A stretch of DNA of 34,438 nucleotides from Chiloscyllium plagiosum (GCF_004010195.1 NC_057750.1:13102049-13136486), one strand, 5' to 3'. Numbered from the stretch's first letter, positions 1-11,460 are shown. Numbers and translations are program-made. The notes: generated by a model from the sequence alone, not told the origin.

Positions 1-116
1 GAAGGGGGTGATGCGGTGAGAGGTTGAAGGGGGTGATGGGGTGAAGGGGTGAAGGGGGTGAAGGGGGTGAGAGGGTGAAGGTAGTGATGGGGTGAAGGGG
101 TGAGAGGGTGAAGGGG
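1..116 (+). repeat. G-rich tandem repeat, approximately (GGGGTGAAG)n
   Basis: Visible 9-10 nt periodicity with variants ggggtgaag/ggggtgatg/gagggtgaag. Confidence 0.85.
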
Positions 117-384
117 CTCTTCACAATGATGGCATCGGGTGGTGACTCTGGATAGGTGGTACTGGCAGGACATCGTTGCCCCTTTCGCCCTCTCCCCCAG
201 CATCGTGGGTCTTTTTTGTCCAAAAAAGGTATCAACTTCATGTCTCATCCAAGAGAAATCATCATCAGATATCAGCCAGCAGAGCTATGTGGATAGAATG
301 GAGTGGGAGGGAGGGGGTGGTGACTGACTGGATTGGTCCAAATAGAGATGACATAGGCTTGGAGGAGGGTGGAGGGGGGTTGAA

Positions 385-512
385 TGGCCTGCATTAAGCG
401 CATGGATGATGATGGGATAGTGTAGGGGGATGAGCTTAGAATAGTTCACAGGTCGGCGCAGGATGAAGGGCCGAAGGGCCTGTTCTACGCTGTATTGTTC
501 TACGTTCTATGT
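385..512 (+). mobile_element. CR1/HER1-type LINE 3' end
   Basis: gaagggccgaagggcctgttctacgctgta followed by a (ttctatg)-like tail. The same 3' terminus is shared with HE1 SINEs. Confidence 0.7.
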
Positions 513-879
513 GCATGGTTCTATGAGAATGCAGCACTCCATTTGTAACATCTTGGAATGTCAGCGTAGACATTCCGAGCTCAAATCTCGGGAGTAGGAC
601 TTGCATCCAGCACCATGTGACTGACATAAGGATAGTGATCCAGTCCAGAAGCATAGATCTCCCATAGCTTCAAAATGAACCACAGACTCCTCTCCCTCTT
701 CCAATGCCACGTCCGCCAGGAATCTGGAGATTCCTACGATCTGAAATCGGACCACAGTCTGATCCCTCAAAAAATGCCCACCCTTTAAACAGAGCTGGCT
801 GAAGCACTCCATTTATTCCAACGGGTAGCGATGATTATCCACATTTTCCGTTATACAAAAGTGCCGAGTGGGTGATCCA

Positions 880-1549
880 TCTCAGCCTCCTCCAGTGGTC
901 CCCAGCATCACAGATACCAGTCTCCAGCCAATCCGATTCTCTCCACGTGATATCAAGAAACTTTAGGAGACGCTGGATACTGCAAAGGCTATGGGCCCTG
1001 ACACCATTCCAGCAATAGTCCTGAAGACTTGTGCTGCAGAACTTGTTGCTCCCCTAGCCAAGCTGTTCCAGTACAGTGACAACACCGGCACCCACCCGGC
1101 AATGTGGAAAATTGCCCAGGTATGTCCTGCACATAAAAAGCAGGATAAATCCAACCTGGCCAACTACTGCCCCATCCATCAATTCTCGATCATCAGTAAA
1201 GTGATGGAAGGTGTCACCAACAGTGCTATCAGCAGCACCTGCTCAGCAATAACCTGCTTAGTGACGCTGTTAGGGTTCCCCCAGGGCCACTCAGCTCCTG
1301 ACCTCATTACAGCCTTGGTTCGAACATGGACTAAAGAGCTGAATTCCAGAGGGGAGGGGAGAGGGACAGCCCTTGACATCAAGGCTGCATTCAACCAAGT
1401 GTGGCATCAATGAGCCCTGGCAAAACTGGTATCAGTGGGCATCAGGGGGACAAACTCTCCACTGGCACAAAGGAAGATGGTTGTGGTTGTTGGAGATCAG
1501 TCATCTCAGCTCCAAGACATCTCTGCAGGAGTCCCTCAGGGGAGTGTCC
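880..1549 (+). mobile_element. Non-LTR retrotransposon (CR1/L2 superclade) reverse transcriptase, 5' part, decayed
   Basis: ORF 991-1413 reads GPDTIPAIVLKTCAAEL...WKIAQVCPAHKKQDKSNLANY.PI...ALDIKAAF. After frameshifts it continues GVPQGSV, where it is interrupted by an insertion. Confidence 0.9.
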
Positions 1550-2971
1550 GAGGGCTGAAAATGTGTTGCTGGAAAAGCGCAGCAGGTCAGGCAGCATCCA
1601 AGGAACAGGAGAATCGACGTTTCGGGCATAAGCCCTTCTTCAGGAATGAGGAAAGTGTGTCCAGCAGGCTAAGATAAAAGGTAGGGAGGAGGGACTTGGG
1701 GGAGGGGCTTTGGAAATGCGATAGGTGNNNNNNNNNNNNNNNNNNNNNNNNNNNNNNNNNNNNNNNNNNNNNNNNNNNNNNNNNNNNNNNNNNNNNNNNN
1801 NNNNNNNNNNNNNNNNNNNNNNNNNNNNNNNNNNNNNNNNNNNNNNNNNNNNNNNNNNNNNNNNNNNNNNNNNNNNNNNNNNNNNNNNNNNNNNNNNNNN
1901 NNNNNNNNNNNNNNNNNNNNNNNNNNNNNNNNNNNNNNNNNNNNNNNNNNNNNNNNNNNNNNNNNNNNNNNNNNNNNNNNNNNNNNNNNNNNNNNNNNNN
2001 NNNNNNNNNNNNNNNNNNNNNNNNNNNNNNNNNNNNNNNNNNNNNNNNNNNNNNNNNNNNNNNNNNNNNNNNNNNNNNNNNNNNNNNNNNNNNNNNNNNN
2101 NNNNNNNNNNNNNNNNNNNNNNNNNNNNNNNNNNNNNNNNNNNNNNNNNNNNNNNNNNNNNNNNNNNNNNNNNNNNNNNNNNNNNNNNNNNNNNNNNNNN
2201 NNNNNNNNNNNNNNNNNNNNNNNNNNNNNNNNNNNNNNNNNNNNNNNNNNNNNNNNNNNNNNNNNNNNNNNNNNNNNNNNNNNNNNNNNNNNNNNNNNNN
2301 NNNNNNNNNNNNNNNNNNNNNNNNNNNNNNNNNNNNNNNNNNNNNNNNNNNNNNNNNNNNNNNNNNNNNNNNNNNNNNNNNNNNNNNNNNNNNNNNNNNN
2401 NNNNNNNNNNNNNNNNNNNNNNNNNNNNNNNNNNNNNNNNNNNNNNNNNNNNNNNNNNNNNNNNNNNNNNNNNNNNNNNNNNNNNNNNNNNNNNNNNNNN
2501 NNNNNNNNNNNNNNNNNNNNNNNNNNNNNNNNNNNNNNNNNNNNNNNNNNNNNNNNNNNNNNNNNNNNNNNNNNNNNNNNNNNNNNNNNNNNNNNNNNNN
2601 NNNNNNNNNNNNNNNNNNNNNNNNNNNNNNNNNNNNNNNNNNNNNNNNNNNNNNNNNNNNNNNNNNNNNNNNNNNNNNNNNNNNNNNNNNNNNNNNNNNN
2701 TCCCGACCTCTCCGCCCCCACCCCCGTCTGACCTATCACCCTCACCTTGACCTCTTTCCACCTATCACATTTCCGACGCCCCTCCCCCAAGTCCCTCCTC
2801 CCTACCTTTTATCTTAGCCTGCTGGACACACTTTCCTCATTTCTGAAGAAGGGCTTATGCCCAATACGTCGATTCTCCTGCTCCTTGGATGCTGCCTGAC
2901 CTGCTGCGCTTTTCCAGCAACACATTTTCAGCTCTGATCTCCAGCATCTGCAGTCCTCACTTTCTCCTCAT
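1550..2971. mobile_element. Penelope-like element with inverted terminal segments, nested in the LINE; interior lies in an N-gap
   Basis: 1552-1727 is the reverse complement of about 2759-2934. Flanked by the direct repeat AGTGTCC (1543-1549 and 2972-2978). Termini carry a CTGAAGA-stem-GAAACGTC hammerhead motif. Confidence 0.75.
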
Positions 2972-3960
2972 AGTGTCCTAGAGCCCAACCACCTTCAGCT
3001 GCTTTATCAATGACCTTCCCTCCCTCATTAGGTCAGAAGTGGGAATGTTTGCCAATGATCACACAATATTCAGCATCCTTCCCGACTCCGCAGATACTGA
3101 ATCAGTTCATGTTGAAATACACCAAGATCCGGACAATATCCAGGCTTGGGTTGACAAGTGGCAAGTAACATTCATATCACACAAGTGCCAGATAATGACC
3201 ATCTCAAGAGACAGCCTGACCATCACCCCTTGATATTCAATGGCATTACCATCAATTAATCCCCAATTTCAATGTTCTAGGGGTTACCCTTGACCAGAAA
3301 CTGAACTGAACTGGACTAGCCACACAAACACAGTGGTTACAAGAGCAGGTCAGAGGCTGGGAATCCTGCAGCGAGTAACTGACCTCCTGACTCCCCAAAG
3401 CCTGTCCACATCTATAAGGCACGAGTCAGGATTGTGATGGAATACTCCCCACTTGCCCCTGGATGGGGGCAGCCCCAACAACACTCAAGAGACTTGACAC
3501 CATCCAGGACAAAGCAGCCTGTTTGATTGGAATCACATCCACTAACCCTAACCCTAACCATAACCCATCCACTCTCTCCCCCACCGACGCTCAGTAGCAG
3601 CAGGGTGTACCATCTACAAGGTGCTCTTCAGCAATTCACCAAAGATCCTCAGGCAGCACCTGCACAATCCCACGACTACTTCCACCTAGAAGGACAAGGA
3701 CATGGGAACACCACCTTCTGTGAGTTCCTCTCTGAGCCATTCACCATCCTGACTTGGAAATATATCGCCGTTCCATCAGTGTCACTGGGTCGGAATCCTG
3801 GAATCCCCTCCCCAAAGGCATTGTGGGTGTTCCTACCCCAAACGCAGTGGGTCCAGTAGGGCATCAGCTCACTGGCGCCTTCAGAGGGCGGGTAGGGATG
3901 GGTAATAAATGAATGATGCCCAGCCAGCGATGCCCAGATCCCACGAATAAATGAAAAAAT
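2972..3960 (+). mobile_element. Same LINE, 3' part of RT and 3'UTR
   Basis: Resumes with SVL.P..FSCFINDLPS..RSEVGMFANDH (decayed FADD), NIQAWVDKWQVTF, LGVTLDQKLN and LDTIQDKAACLI. Ends cccagccagcgatgcccagatcccacgaataaatgaaaaaa. Confidence 0.9.
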
Positions 3961-4284
3961 TTGGCAGCTCTGTACCACCGTGGCATTACCACTTACGATG
4001 ACCCAATATGAGCATCAGCCTATCACCTCAGCTAACACCTCAGCACGGTACAGAGAGAATGTTGCATTGCCAAAGGAACAGGGCTTGGTCAGTGTCAAAC
4101 TGAGAGCCTTGCCTACCTGTGGAATATGAGCAATGAATGTGAATTCTGATTCATAGAAAGCCTGGAGCAGGAGAGCTCAAAGTGGATCAAAAGGAAAACG
4201 ATCAAAATGTTTGGAAATTCACAGGTAAAGCAATGCACATTATATTATATAGCACCACTGGGAACACACAATACCGCTGTGAGA

Positions 4285-4580
4285 ATAGACATGCTATCAC
4301 AATTTTCGATCTTGGTCTCTTCAGGACAGAATCGCAAGAATAGCAAATCTCCAACAGGAGCAACCATTGGCATGAGAAGAAGGTGCTCACTGGTTAGCAA
4401 GTTGGTTCTGATTGGTAGATCTGTTGCCATGGAGAATGTAGCGGGGAAGAGTTTTTGTTTTGATTGAAATCAAACTGAGGCAAGTCAACACCGATTGGTC
4501 GAGACACAGCCATGAGGAAAGCACCCAAGTTGAAAAGGCACAATGCATGGACATTGTTTTTTTTTCCTGTTTATGGAGAA
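4285..4580 (-). mobile_element. Unclassified interspersed repeat with a degenerate hammerhead-like motif; related copy at about 10005-10270 (+)
   Basis: Shares ctccatggcaac...accaatca with 10018-10043 in the opposite orientation. The minus strand has GTCCTGAAGAGACCAAGATCGAAAA. Confidence 0.4.
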
Positions 4581-4724
4581 CCAGCTCTTCCATCTGAATA
4601 TATGTAACTATAATATAATCTTTAAACCATTATCTGAGGACATGCTTTCAATTCCTCTCCTCATCGCCTTAATGTTAAACCATCAGCTGTTAAACTATAA
4701 TGCATGGCTTAGAAAGGGTGGACG

Positions 4725-5020
4725 TTGGGAAATTGTTTCCGCCGGGCAGGGGAGACTAGGACCCAGGGGCACAGCCTTAGAATTAGAGGGAGGTCAATTT
4801 AGAACGGTAATGAGGAGACATTTCTTCAACCAGAGAGTGGTGGGCCTGTGGAATTCATTGCCACGGAGCGCAGTGGAGGCCAGGGCATTAAATGTCTTCA
4901 AGGCAGAGATTGATAAATTCTTAATCTCGCAAGGAATTAAGGGATACAGGGAGAGTGCGGGTAAGTGGTGTTGAAATGCCCATCAGCCGAATGGCCTTAC
5001 TTCCACTCCTGCTTCTTATT
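4725..5020 (+). mobile_element. CR1 LINE 3' fragment
   Basis: Encodes FRTVMRRHFFNQRVVGLWNSLP..AVEA.ALNVFKAEIDKFL, the typical CR1 ORF2 C-terminus, followed by a 3'UTR with gaatggcct. Confidence 0.9.
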
Positions 5021-5039
5021 AACCTCTCTATCTTGCCTT

Positions 5040-5722
5040 TGTGACAACACTGTGGCTTGAAGCGGTATATTTAGTTCTGGGTTTTTTTTTTGAAGAGAGG
5101 TTTTAAGGCATCGAGCAGTCTACCAGAACCACTAGAGTAAGCAGCTTGTGAGGCCTTGGTTTTTTTTTAAAAGCTGTAACAATAGAAGCAGACTGGATGG
5201 GTGGGGTCAAGCTCCCACACAGCCAGAAGATTTAAGTTTAGCTTTCAGCAGTTGGGGGTTTATAACCTCTCTCGGTTACAGCTGCTGGAGTTACATGTGA
5301 GACAATTTGGGCTCTGAATTTGCCTTTTTTCAAGAGAGTGTGAGACATTACTATATTGGAACAGTTAATTAGTGATAGTTTCTGTATTATTCTGTTAAGC
5401 TTTCCATTAGAGTGAAGATGATGTTATCTCGCATAGTGACAAAACGTCTGAGAAGGAACCTCCCAGCTCAGTGAGCAAACTTACAACCTCAACCGCAACA
5501 CGAGCTACAAATCTTCACAAAAATCGCGGAGTGCAGTTATTCTAATTCTTTCTCTCCTTTGTTGCAGTTTAACTATCGGGGATGAATAAAGTGTGTTTTG
5601 CTTAAATCCGGTCGTTTGACCAATCGAATTGCACCTTGCATTTACCTTTCAAATAAGAAATGGTTAGGGACTGGACTATTTTGCGAATAATTGGAGGGGG
5701 GGTTTGGTCTGGTCCAGACCAG
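5040..5722. mobile_element. Probable solo LTR
   Basis: Begins TGTGACAAC and contains AATAAA (about 5585). Ends ggtctggtcca, with cataACA reappearing after the inserted SINE (6073-6079). No clean TSD found. Confidence 0.4.
5418..5527 (+). mobile_element. Penelope-like terminal fragment, same family as 28326-28548
   Basis: gatgttatc...gtgacaaaacgtctga...cagctcagtgagcaaacttaca...gagctacaaatcttc aligns by eye with 28441-28548. Confidence 0.7.
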
Positions 5723-5727
5723 GGCAC

Positions 5728-6072
5728 GGGGTGGCACGGTGGCTCAGTGGTTAGCACTGCTGCCTCACAGCACCAGGGACCCGGGTTCAATTCCAGCCTC
5801 GGGCAACTGTCTGTGTGGAGTTTGCACATTCTCCCCGTGTCTGTGTGGGTTTCCTCCGGGTGCTCCGGTTTCCTCCCACAGTCCAAAGATGTGCAGGTCA
5901 GGGTGAATTGGCCATGGGAAATTGCCTGTAGTGTTAGGTGCATTAGTCAGAGGGAAATATAGGGTAGGGGACTGGGACTGGGTCTGGGTGGGTTACTCTT
6001 CAGAGGGTCGGTGTGGACTTGTTGGGCTGAAGGGCCTGTTTCCACACTGTAGGGAATCTAATTTAATCTAAT
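5728..6072 (+). mobile_element. HE1-type V-SINE, full length
   Basis: tRNA head (A box TGGCTCAGTGG, B box GGTTCAATTCC), V-domain tgtgtggagtttgcacattctccccgtgtctg, CR1-like tail and (aatct)n. Confidence 0.92.
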
Positions 6073-6114
6073 CATAACATCTCTTGCATGGTCTGATGAT
6101 ATTTGCTATGCGCT

Positions 6115-6909
6115 GGGGTGGCATGGTGGCTCGGTGGTTAGCAGTGCCAGGCGTCTGAGTTCCGATTCCACCCTCAGGCAACTGTCCGTGTGGAGTTTGT
6201 ACATTCTCCCCGTGTTTGTGTGGGTTTCCTCCCACAGTCCATTGCAGGTTAGGTGGATGGGCCATTCTAAATTGCTTTGGTGGCTCAGTGGTTAGCCCTG
6301 CTGCCTCACAGCACCAGGGACCCGGGTTCGATTCCACCCTCGGGCAACTGCCTGTGTGGAGTTTGCACATTCTCCCCGTGTCTGCGTGGGTTTGCTCCGG
6401 TTTTCTCCCACAATCCAAAGATGTGTAGGTCAGGTGAATTGGCCATGAGAAATTGCCCGTAGTGTTCAGGGATGTGTAGGTTAGGTGCATTAGTCAGGGG
6501 TAAATATAGGGTAGGGGAATGGGTTTGGGAGGGTTACTCTTTGGAGGATTGGTGTGGACTTGTTGGGCTGAAGGGCCTGTTTCCACACTGTAGGGATTCT
6601 ATGAAATGTGCAGGCTAGGTATATTGGCCATGCACAGTGGCTCAGTGGTTAGCACTGCTGCCTCACAGCGCCAGGGACCTGGGTTCGATTCCAGCCTCGG
6701 GTGACTGTCTGTGCGGAGTTTGCACATTCTCCCCCCCCGTGTCTGCGTGGGTTTCCTCCCACAATCCAAAGGTGTACAGGCCAGGTGAATCGGCCATGTT
6801 AGGTGCATTAGTCAGAGGGAAATGGGTCTGGGTGGGTTACTCTTCGGAGGGTCGGTGTGGACTTGTTGGGCCGAAGGGCCTGTCTCCACACTGTAGGGAT
6901 TCTATGATC
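6115..6909 (+). mobile_element. Tandem cluster of three HE1-type SINEs (about 6115-6276 partial, 6277-6603, 6630-6909)
   Basis: Three repeats of the tRNA head plus V-domain. Two end in ctgtagggattctatga. Confidence 0.9.
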
Positions 6910-7294
6910 TTACGCCTTCATCTATCTAACCTCCTCCCACTTCTACCCCTATCCCAAGGCACACAGGACACGGCCTGACTGAAGCCCATCCTAGCTGCCG
7001 TCTATCCCTGCCAACAACTCCCTTATTTGCTTCCTTTCCAAATGCAGCCGTCATGATGGAATGAGGAAAGAAACCTTTGGGCTTTCTCTTTATCTGAAAG
7101 AGGTTATAAACTCGAATCTCTGGCTAACATGTGTAAGTCATTAAGATTTACATTCTCTGCTGGCCGAGAAAGCACAAGTGAGATCATTAATGTTCTGTGG
7201 ATCATGTGCCTGAAAATTTAAGTAAATCCTTCAGAAATGTGCGATCGATTTCCATCCACCTTTCAGAGTCAGTTATACAACTCTTGCTTCTGAA

Positions 7295-8105
7295 ATCATA
7301 GAGTCATACAGCACGGAAACAGACCCTTCGGCCCAACCAGTCCATGCTGGGCATAATCTCAAACTAAACTCGTCCCACCTGCCTGCTCCTGGCCCAAACC
7401 TTTCCTATTCATGAACTTATCCAAATGTCTTTGGAACATTGTAACTGTACCCACATCCATCGCTTCCTCAGGACGTTCATTCCACACACGAACCACCCTC
7501 TGTGTAAAACGTTTGCCCCTCATGTCTTTTTTAAAATCTTTCTCCTGTCACCTTTAAAATATGCCCCCTAATCTTGAAATCCTCTGCTCTAGAGAAAAGA
7601 CAATTGCCATTCCCCTTACCTGCACCCCTCGTGATTTTATAAGCCTCTATAAGGTCACCCCTCAGCCTCCGATACAGCAGCATGAAAGGCCCAAGCCTAT
7701 CCAACCTTTGCTTGTAACTCAAACCCTCCATTCCCTGGTAAATCTCTTGTGACCTGTCAGCTTAATATCTTTCGTATAACAGGGTGATCCGAATTGGGCA
7801 CAGTACTCCAGGAGAGCTTTCACCAACATCCTTGGTGGGATTCGAATTGAATTCATTGCCACAGAAGGCTGTGGAGGTCAGGTTATTGAGTATGAGATGG
7901 ATAGGTTCTTGAGTATGAAGGGGAACAAGGGTTACAGGGAGAGAGTGGGAGAATGGGGTTAAGAAACTTATCAGCCATGATTGAATGGCGGAGCTGACTT
8001 GATGGGTTGAATGGCCTAATTTCTGCTCCTATGTCTCATGGTCTTATGGTCCGTACAACCTCACCATAACATCCCAACTCCCATGCTCAAAGAGTCCGAG
8101 CAATG
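7295..8105 (-). mobile_element. CR1 LINE 3' portion, containing an oppositely oriented CR1 3' end (about 7832-8050)
   Basis: The minus frame reads GLSYKQRLDRLG...RRLRGDLIEAYKI, with a catagagtcataca terminus at left. The inner fragment reads gaattcattgccacagaaggctgtggagg...(cttatggt)n. Confidence 0.85.
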
Positions 8106-8117
8106 ACACCAATAATA

Positions 8118-8316
8118 GAGTCCGTACAGTGTGGACGCAGTCCATTTTGCCCATCGAGTCCACACTGATCCTCCGAACAGCATCCCACCCAGAGCCATGC
8201 CCTTACCTATTCCTGTATCCCTGCATTCCCCACGGCTAACCCACCTCGCCTACACCTCCCTAGACACTACAGGATGGTTCAGCATGGCCAATCCAACTAA
8301 CCTGCACACCTTTGAT
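8118..8316 (-). mobile_element. HE1-type SINE 3' half
   Basis: Reverse complement of the HE1 body and tail (gcatggccaatccaactaacctgcacacctttg). Confidence 0.75.
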
Positions 8317-8374
8317 CTTTAAGTAGTAACATTTCTGGATTCAACCCCACAGCATAAAGGCTAAACCTGGATAA

Positions 8375-8620
8375 CAGTCTGTGGTGCAGTGGTAGCGTCC
8401 GTGCGTCAGACCCAGAAGGCCCAGGTTCAGATCCCCCACCCCCTGACCTGGAGGTATATTACAGCACACCTGAGCAAATTCATTAACATGTCAATCAAAC
8501 AGGTGGGGGGGGGGGGGGCTGTTGTGGTGCAGAGATAATGTCCCTAATGTGACCAGGAAAGCCTCAGTTCCATCATCCTGGAAGGTTTGTTGTGTACAGG
8601 TTGGTTAAAAATTTATAAAA
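8375..8620 (+). mobile_element. Two short degenerate tRNA-derived SINE-like units
   Basis: gtggtgcagtggtagcgtc...ccaggttcagatcc, and a second gtggtgcagagataatgtccct...cagttccatc. Confidence 0.5.
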
Positions 8621-8634
8621 TTAAATGTTCGATG

Positions 8635-8915
8635 TGTGATACAGTAGCTCAGTGGTTAGCACTGCTGCCTCATAGCACCAGGAACCTGGGTTCAATCCCA
8701 CGCTCTGTGTGGAGTTTGCACATTCTCCCTGTGTCTGTGTGGGTTTGTTCCAGTTTCCTCCCACAGTCCAAAGACGTGCAGGTTAGATGGATTAGCCATG
8801 GGGGAATGTAGTGTTACAGGCATAAGGTGGGGGTGTGAGGCTGGGGGAGATGCTCTTCAGAAGGTCAGTGGGGACTCGGTGGGCTGAATGGTCACTTGCC
8901 ATATTTTGCAGGGAC
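8635..8915 (+). mobile_element. HE1-type SINE, diverged
   Basis: gctcagtggttagcactgctgcctc...tgtgtggagtttgcacattctcc. Confidence 0.85.
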
Positions 8916-9039
8916 TTGAATTTGTGAGTGCCACGTTGCCACCGTTTGGGTGAGATGTTGTATCAAGGCTTTGTCTGCCGTGTCTGGTGCATTCATTTGT
9001 CTCCAGAACAAAGGATCAGAGAAGTCCTTCCTAGTAGCA

Positions 9040-9240
9040 ATAGAAAAGTGGCTGGAGAAACTCAGCAGGTCTGGCAGCGTCTGTGGACGGAGAGAGAAGG
9101 CAAAGTTAACATTTCAAGTCTGCTCCTGCACTTCTTCAGAAATGGGGCTACTGGGCCCTGAAGAGAAATCCTGACTCTGGTCCTCTCTTTACAAACGCTG
9201 CGAGATCTAATGAGTCTCTCCAGCACTCCCTGGACTTTGC
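9040..9240. mobile_element. Decayed Penelope-like inverted-terminus remnant
   Basis: gctggagaaactcagcaggtctggcagcgtctgt pairs imperfectly with acaaacgctgcgagatctaatgagtctctccagc. Confidence 0.55.
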
Positions 9241-9324
9241 CTCTATTTGAGTCCTCCCTGGTGTCCTAGCTAATGCCTATTCTTCAGCCAATACCACCAA
9301 ATCTGGGGGAATCTGGTCATTAGT

Positions 9325-9653
9325 GGGCGGCACGGTGGCACAGTGGTTAGCACTGATGCCTCACAGCGCCAGAGACCCGGGTTCAATTCCAGCCTCAGGC
9401 GACTGACTGTGTGGAGTTTGCACATTCTCCCCGTGTCTGCGTGGGTTTCCTCCGGGTGCTCCGGTTTCCTCCCACAGTCCAAAGATGTGCAGGGTCAGGT
9501 GAATTGGCCAGGCTAAATTGCCCGTAGTGTTAGGTAAGGGGTAGATGTAGGGGTATGGGTGGGTTGCGCTTCGGCGGGTCGGTGTGGGCTTGTTGGGCTG
9601 AAGGGCCTGTTTCCACACTGTAAGTAATCTAATCTAATCTAATCTAATCTAAT
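9325..9653 (+). mobile_element. HE1-type V-SINE, young full-length copy
   Basis: GGGCGGCACGGTGGCACAGTGGTTAGC head, intact V-domain and a clean (AATCT)n tail. Confidence 0.95.
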
Positions 9654-9659
9654 TAACTC

Positions 9660-9796
9660 ACAGCCCTTTCTGGAATCGGTCTTTTACCTGAAACTTCGAT
9701 TCTCCTGCTCCTCGGATGCTGCCTGACCTGCTGTGCTTTTCCAGCACCACACTCCCAACTCTGATCTCCAGCATCTGCAGCCCTCCCTTTCTCCTT
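9660..9796 (+). mobile_element. Penelope-like terminal fragment, family of 1550-2971
   Basis: cgattctcctgctcctcggatgctgcctgacctgctgtgcttttccagcaccacac...ctccagcatctgcag matches 2870-2953. Confidence 0.75.
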
Positions 9797-10084
9797 TGTG
9801 GAATCTTGCTGTGTGCATCTCAGGTGCCTCGTTTCCTTCATAACAGCACTGACAACACTTCAAAAGCATTTTCTTATGAAGCAATGTAAACGTGGCTCCC
9901 TTATGGTCACTGGACTTTACACGTATTCATACACGGGCATGTAAAACAAACAAGTCCTGGCATTACATCTTTTCTTAAATTAATCAAAAACATAAGACAA
10001 TAGATCCCCTGGTGCACTCTCCATGGCAACAACCCAACCAATCAAGGTCAAGTCAACAGCACCCTTTATCCAAGCTGAATAAAA

Positions 10085-10180
10085 TGTTCTGAGGAAGGGT
10101 CACTAGACTCGATACGTTAACTGTGCTTTCTCTCCACAGACACTGCCTGACCTGCTGCGCTTTTCCATCAATTTCTGATT
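10085..10180 (+). mobile_element. Penelope-like terminal fragment with a mutated hammerhead core
   Basis: CTGAGGA A GGGTC acta GACTC GATACGTT, then ctgcctgacctgctgcgcttttcca. Confidence 0.6.
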
Positions 10181-11162
10181 TCATTCATATATGATCCCTT
10201 TGAAATCTGGCATTCTTGCATCGAGTCCTAGTGAACATGGGGTGAACACCTTGTCTCTTGTCTCAACAGTCTGCTGACTTTGGATGTTTTAAGGTGCCCT
10301 AAGGCAATTAAAACAAAGTATTACATAATAACGCCAGTCGCTCTCTCAATCATTCCCCAGACCCTTATCTCTGTCCCTGTGTCTCTTGCACTTTCTGTAG
10401 ATCACGTAGCCAAAGGGAAGTTTCCAACAGGTGTGCAATAGAAATCGCTATAAGGTTTTTTATCCTGTCACCAGAGCCAAACATGCTCCGTATTAATCTT
10501 ACCTCAGTAAAGCTTCTAAAACCTAGACACTATGGAAAATATCCCTACCGCGTAACTGACTGAGTTAATTAAATGCACTCCACACTCAGCTCATAGCATC
10601 ACAGCTTTGGGCAAAAATGCCAGGAAAGGCCCAGGCTTTCGGCCTACATTTAGAGACACCAAAGACAATTAAATAGATGGATAAATGAAGGAGGAAGAGG
10701 TCCGTTCTAATAAGAATTACTTGAATTTTTATTGAAACTTGACTGAAACCTGATATTAGGCATTTTTTGAGTCTGGGACTTTAAAATTTTTAAAAAGGCC
10801 TTTTTTTTCCCATTATGATTGAAACTTCCAATGAAAGCAGTTGACTCACAAAATGTGGCAACAGGATGTCGAGTGGCACAGGAAAGGCCTGCAGGTTTAG
10901 TCCATCATTAGATCCTAAACTGTCAACACTTGAGCTAAAGAAGCTAGAGTTATTCCTTCCTACTCTGGATCCGAGAGGAAGAGCTCACCAAATCGTCTCC
11001 CACTCCTAACTGCTCAAAAGCTGGAGGACTGTCATCAATGATGCCCACCCAAGTCGAATAGTTCACCAATGCTTGTTTCCTCCTGAGCTCTCAATCTCAG
11101 CTGACAATCGATCTAGCCCTTTGTGGAAGAGAGTTTTGAATCATCATCATCATCCTCTGGGT

Positions 11163-11460
11163 GAGGCACGGTGGCTCAGTGGTTAGCACTGCTGCCTCAC
11201 AGCCCCAGGGACCTGGGTTCGGTTCCAGCCTCGGGTGACTGTCTGTGTGGAGTTTACACGTTCTCTGTGTGGGTTTGCTCTGGGTTCCTCCCACAGTCCA
11301 AAGATGTGTGGGTTTGGGTGGATTGGTCATGGGAAATTGCTCATAGTGTTGAGGCTAGATGGGTTAGCCATGGGAAGTGCAGGGCTATAGGGACAGGATG
11401 GTATGCAGTGCAGGCTTGAGAGGCTAAAAATAGCCTCTCCCTGTGCTGTAGGTATTCTGT
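11163..11460 (+). mobile_element. HE1-type SINE
   Basis: tRNA head, V-domain and a degenerate tail ctgtaggtattctgt. Confidence 0.85.

Noticed and set aside
527..650. Possible ancient DeuSINE-like remnant (also about 4040-4125)
   Set aside because: Only short diverged similarity (gcagcactcc...tgtcagc.taga...gggagtaggacttg); too weak to call by eye.
1640..2817. 300+ aa ORFs spanning X runs (also 11527-12108 and 30378-31467)
   Set aside because: Artefacts of translating N-gaps.
5735..5800. tRNA-like sequences with A and B boxes
   Set aside because: SINE heads followed by a V-domain; not free-standing tRNA genes.
5602..6978. Recurrent ORFs such as MAQWLALLPHS... and CGRKPEHPEETHADTGR...
   Set aside because: Translations of HE1 SINE copies, not proteins.
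10370..10430. Strong plus-strand splice acceptor (ctcttgcactttctgtAG) suggesting an antisense exon
   Set aside because: No convincing partner donor or ORF; such motifs arise by chance.
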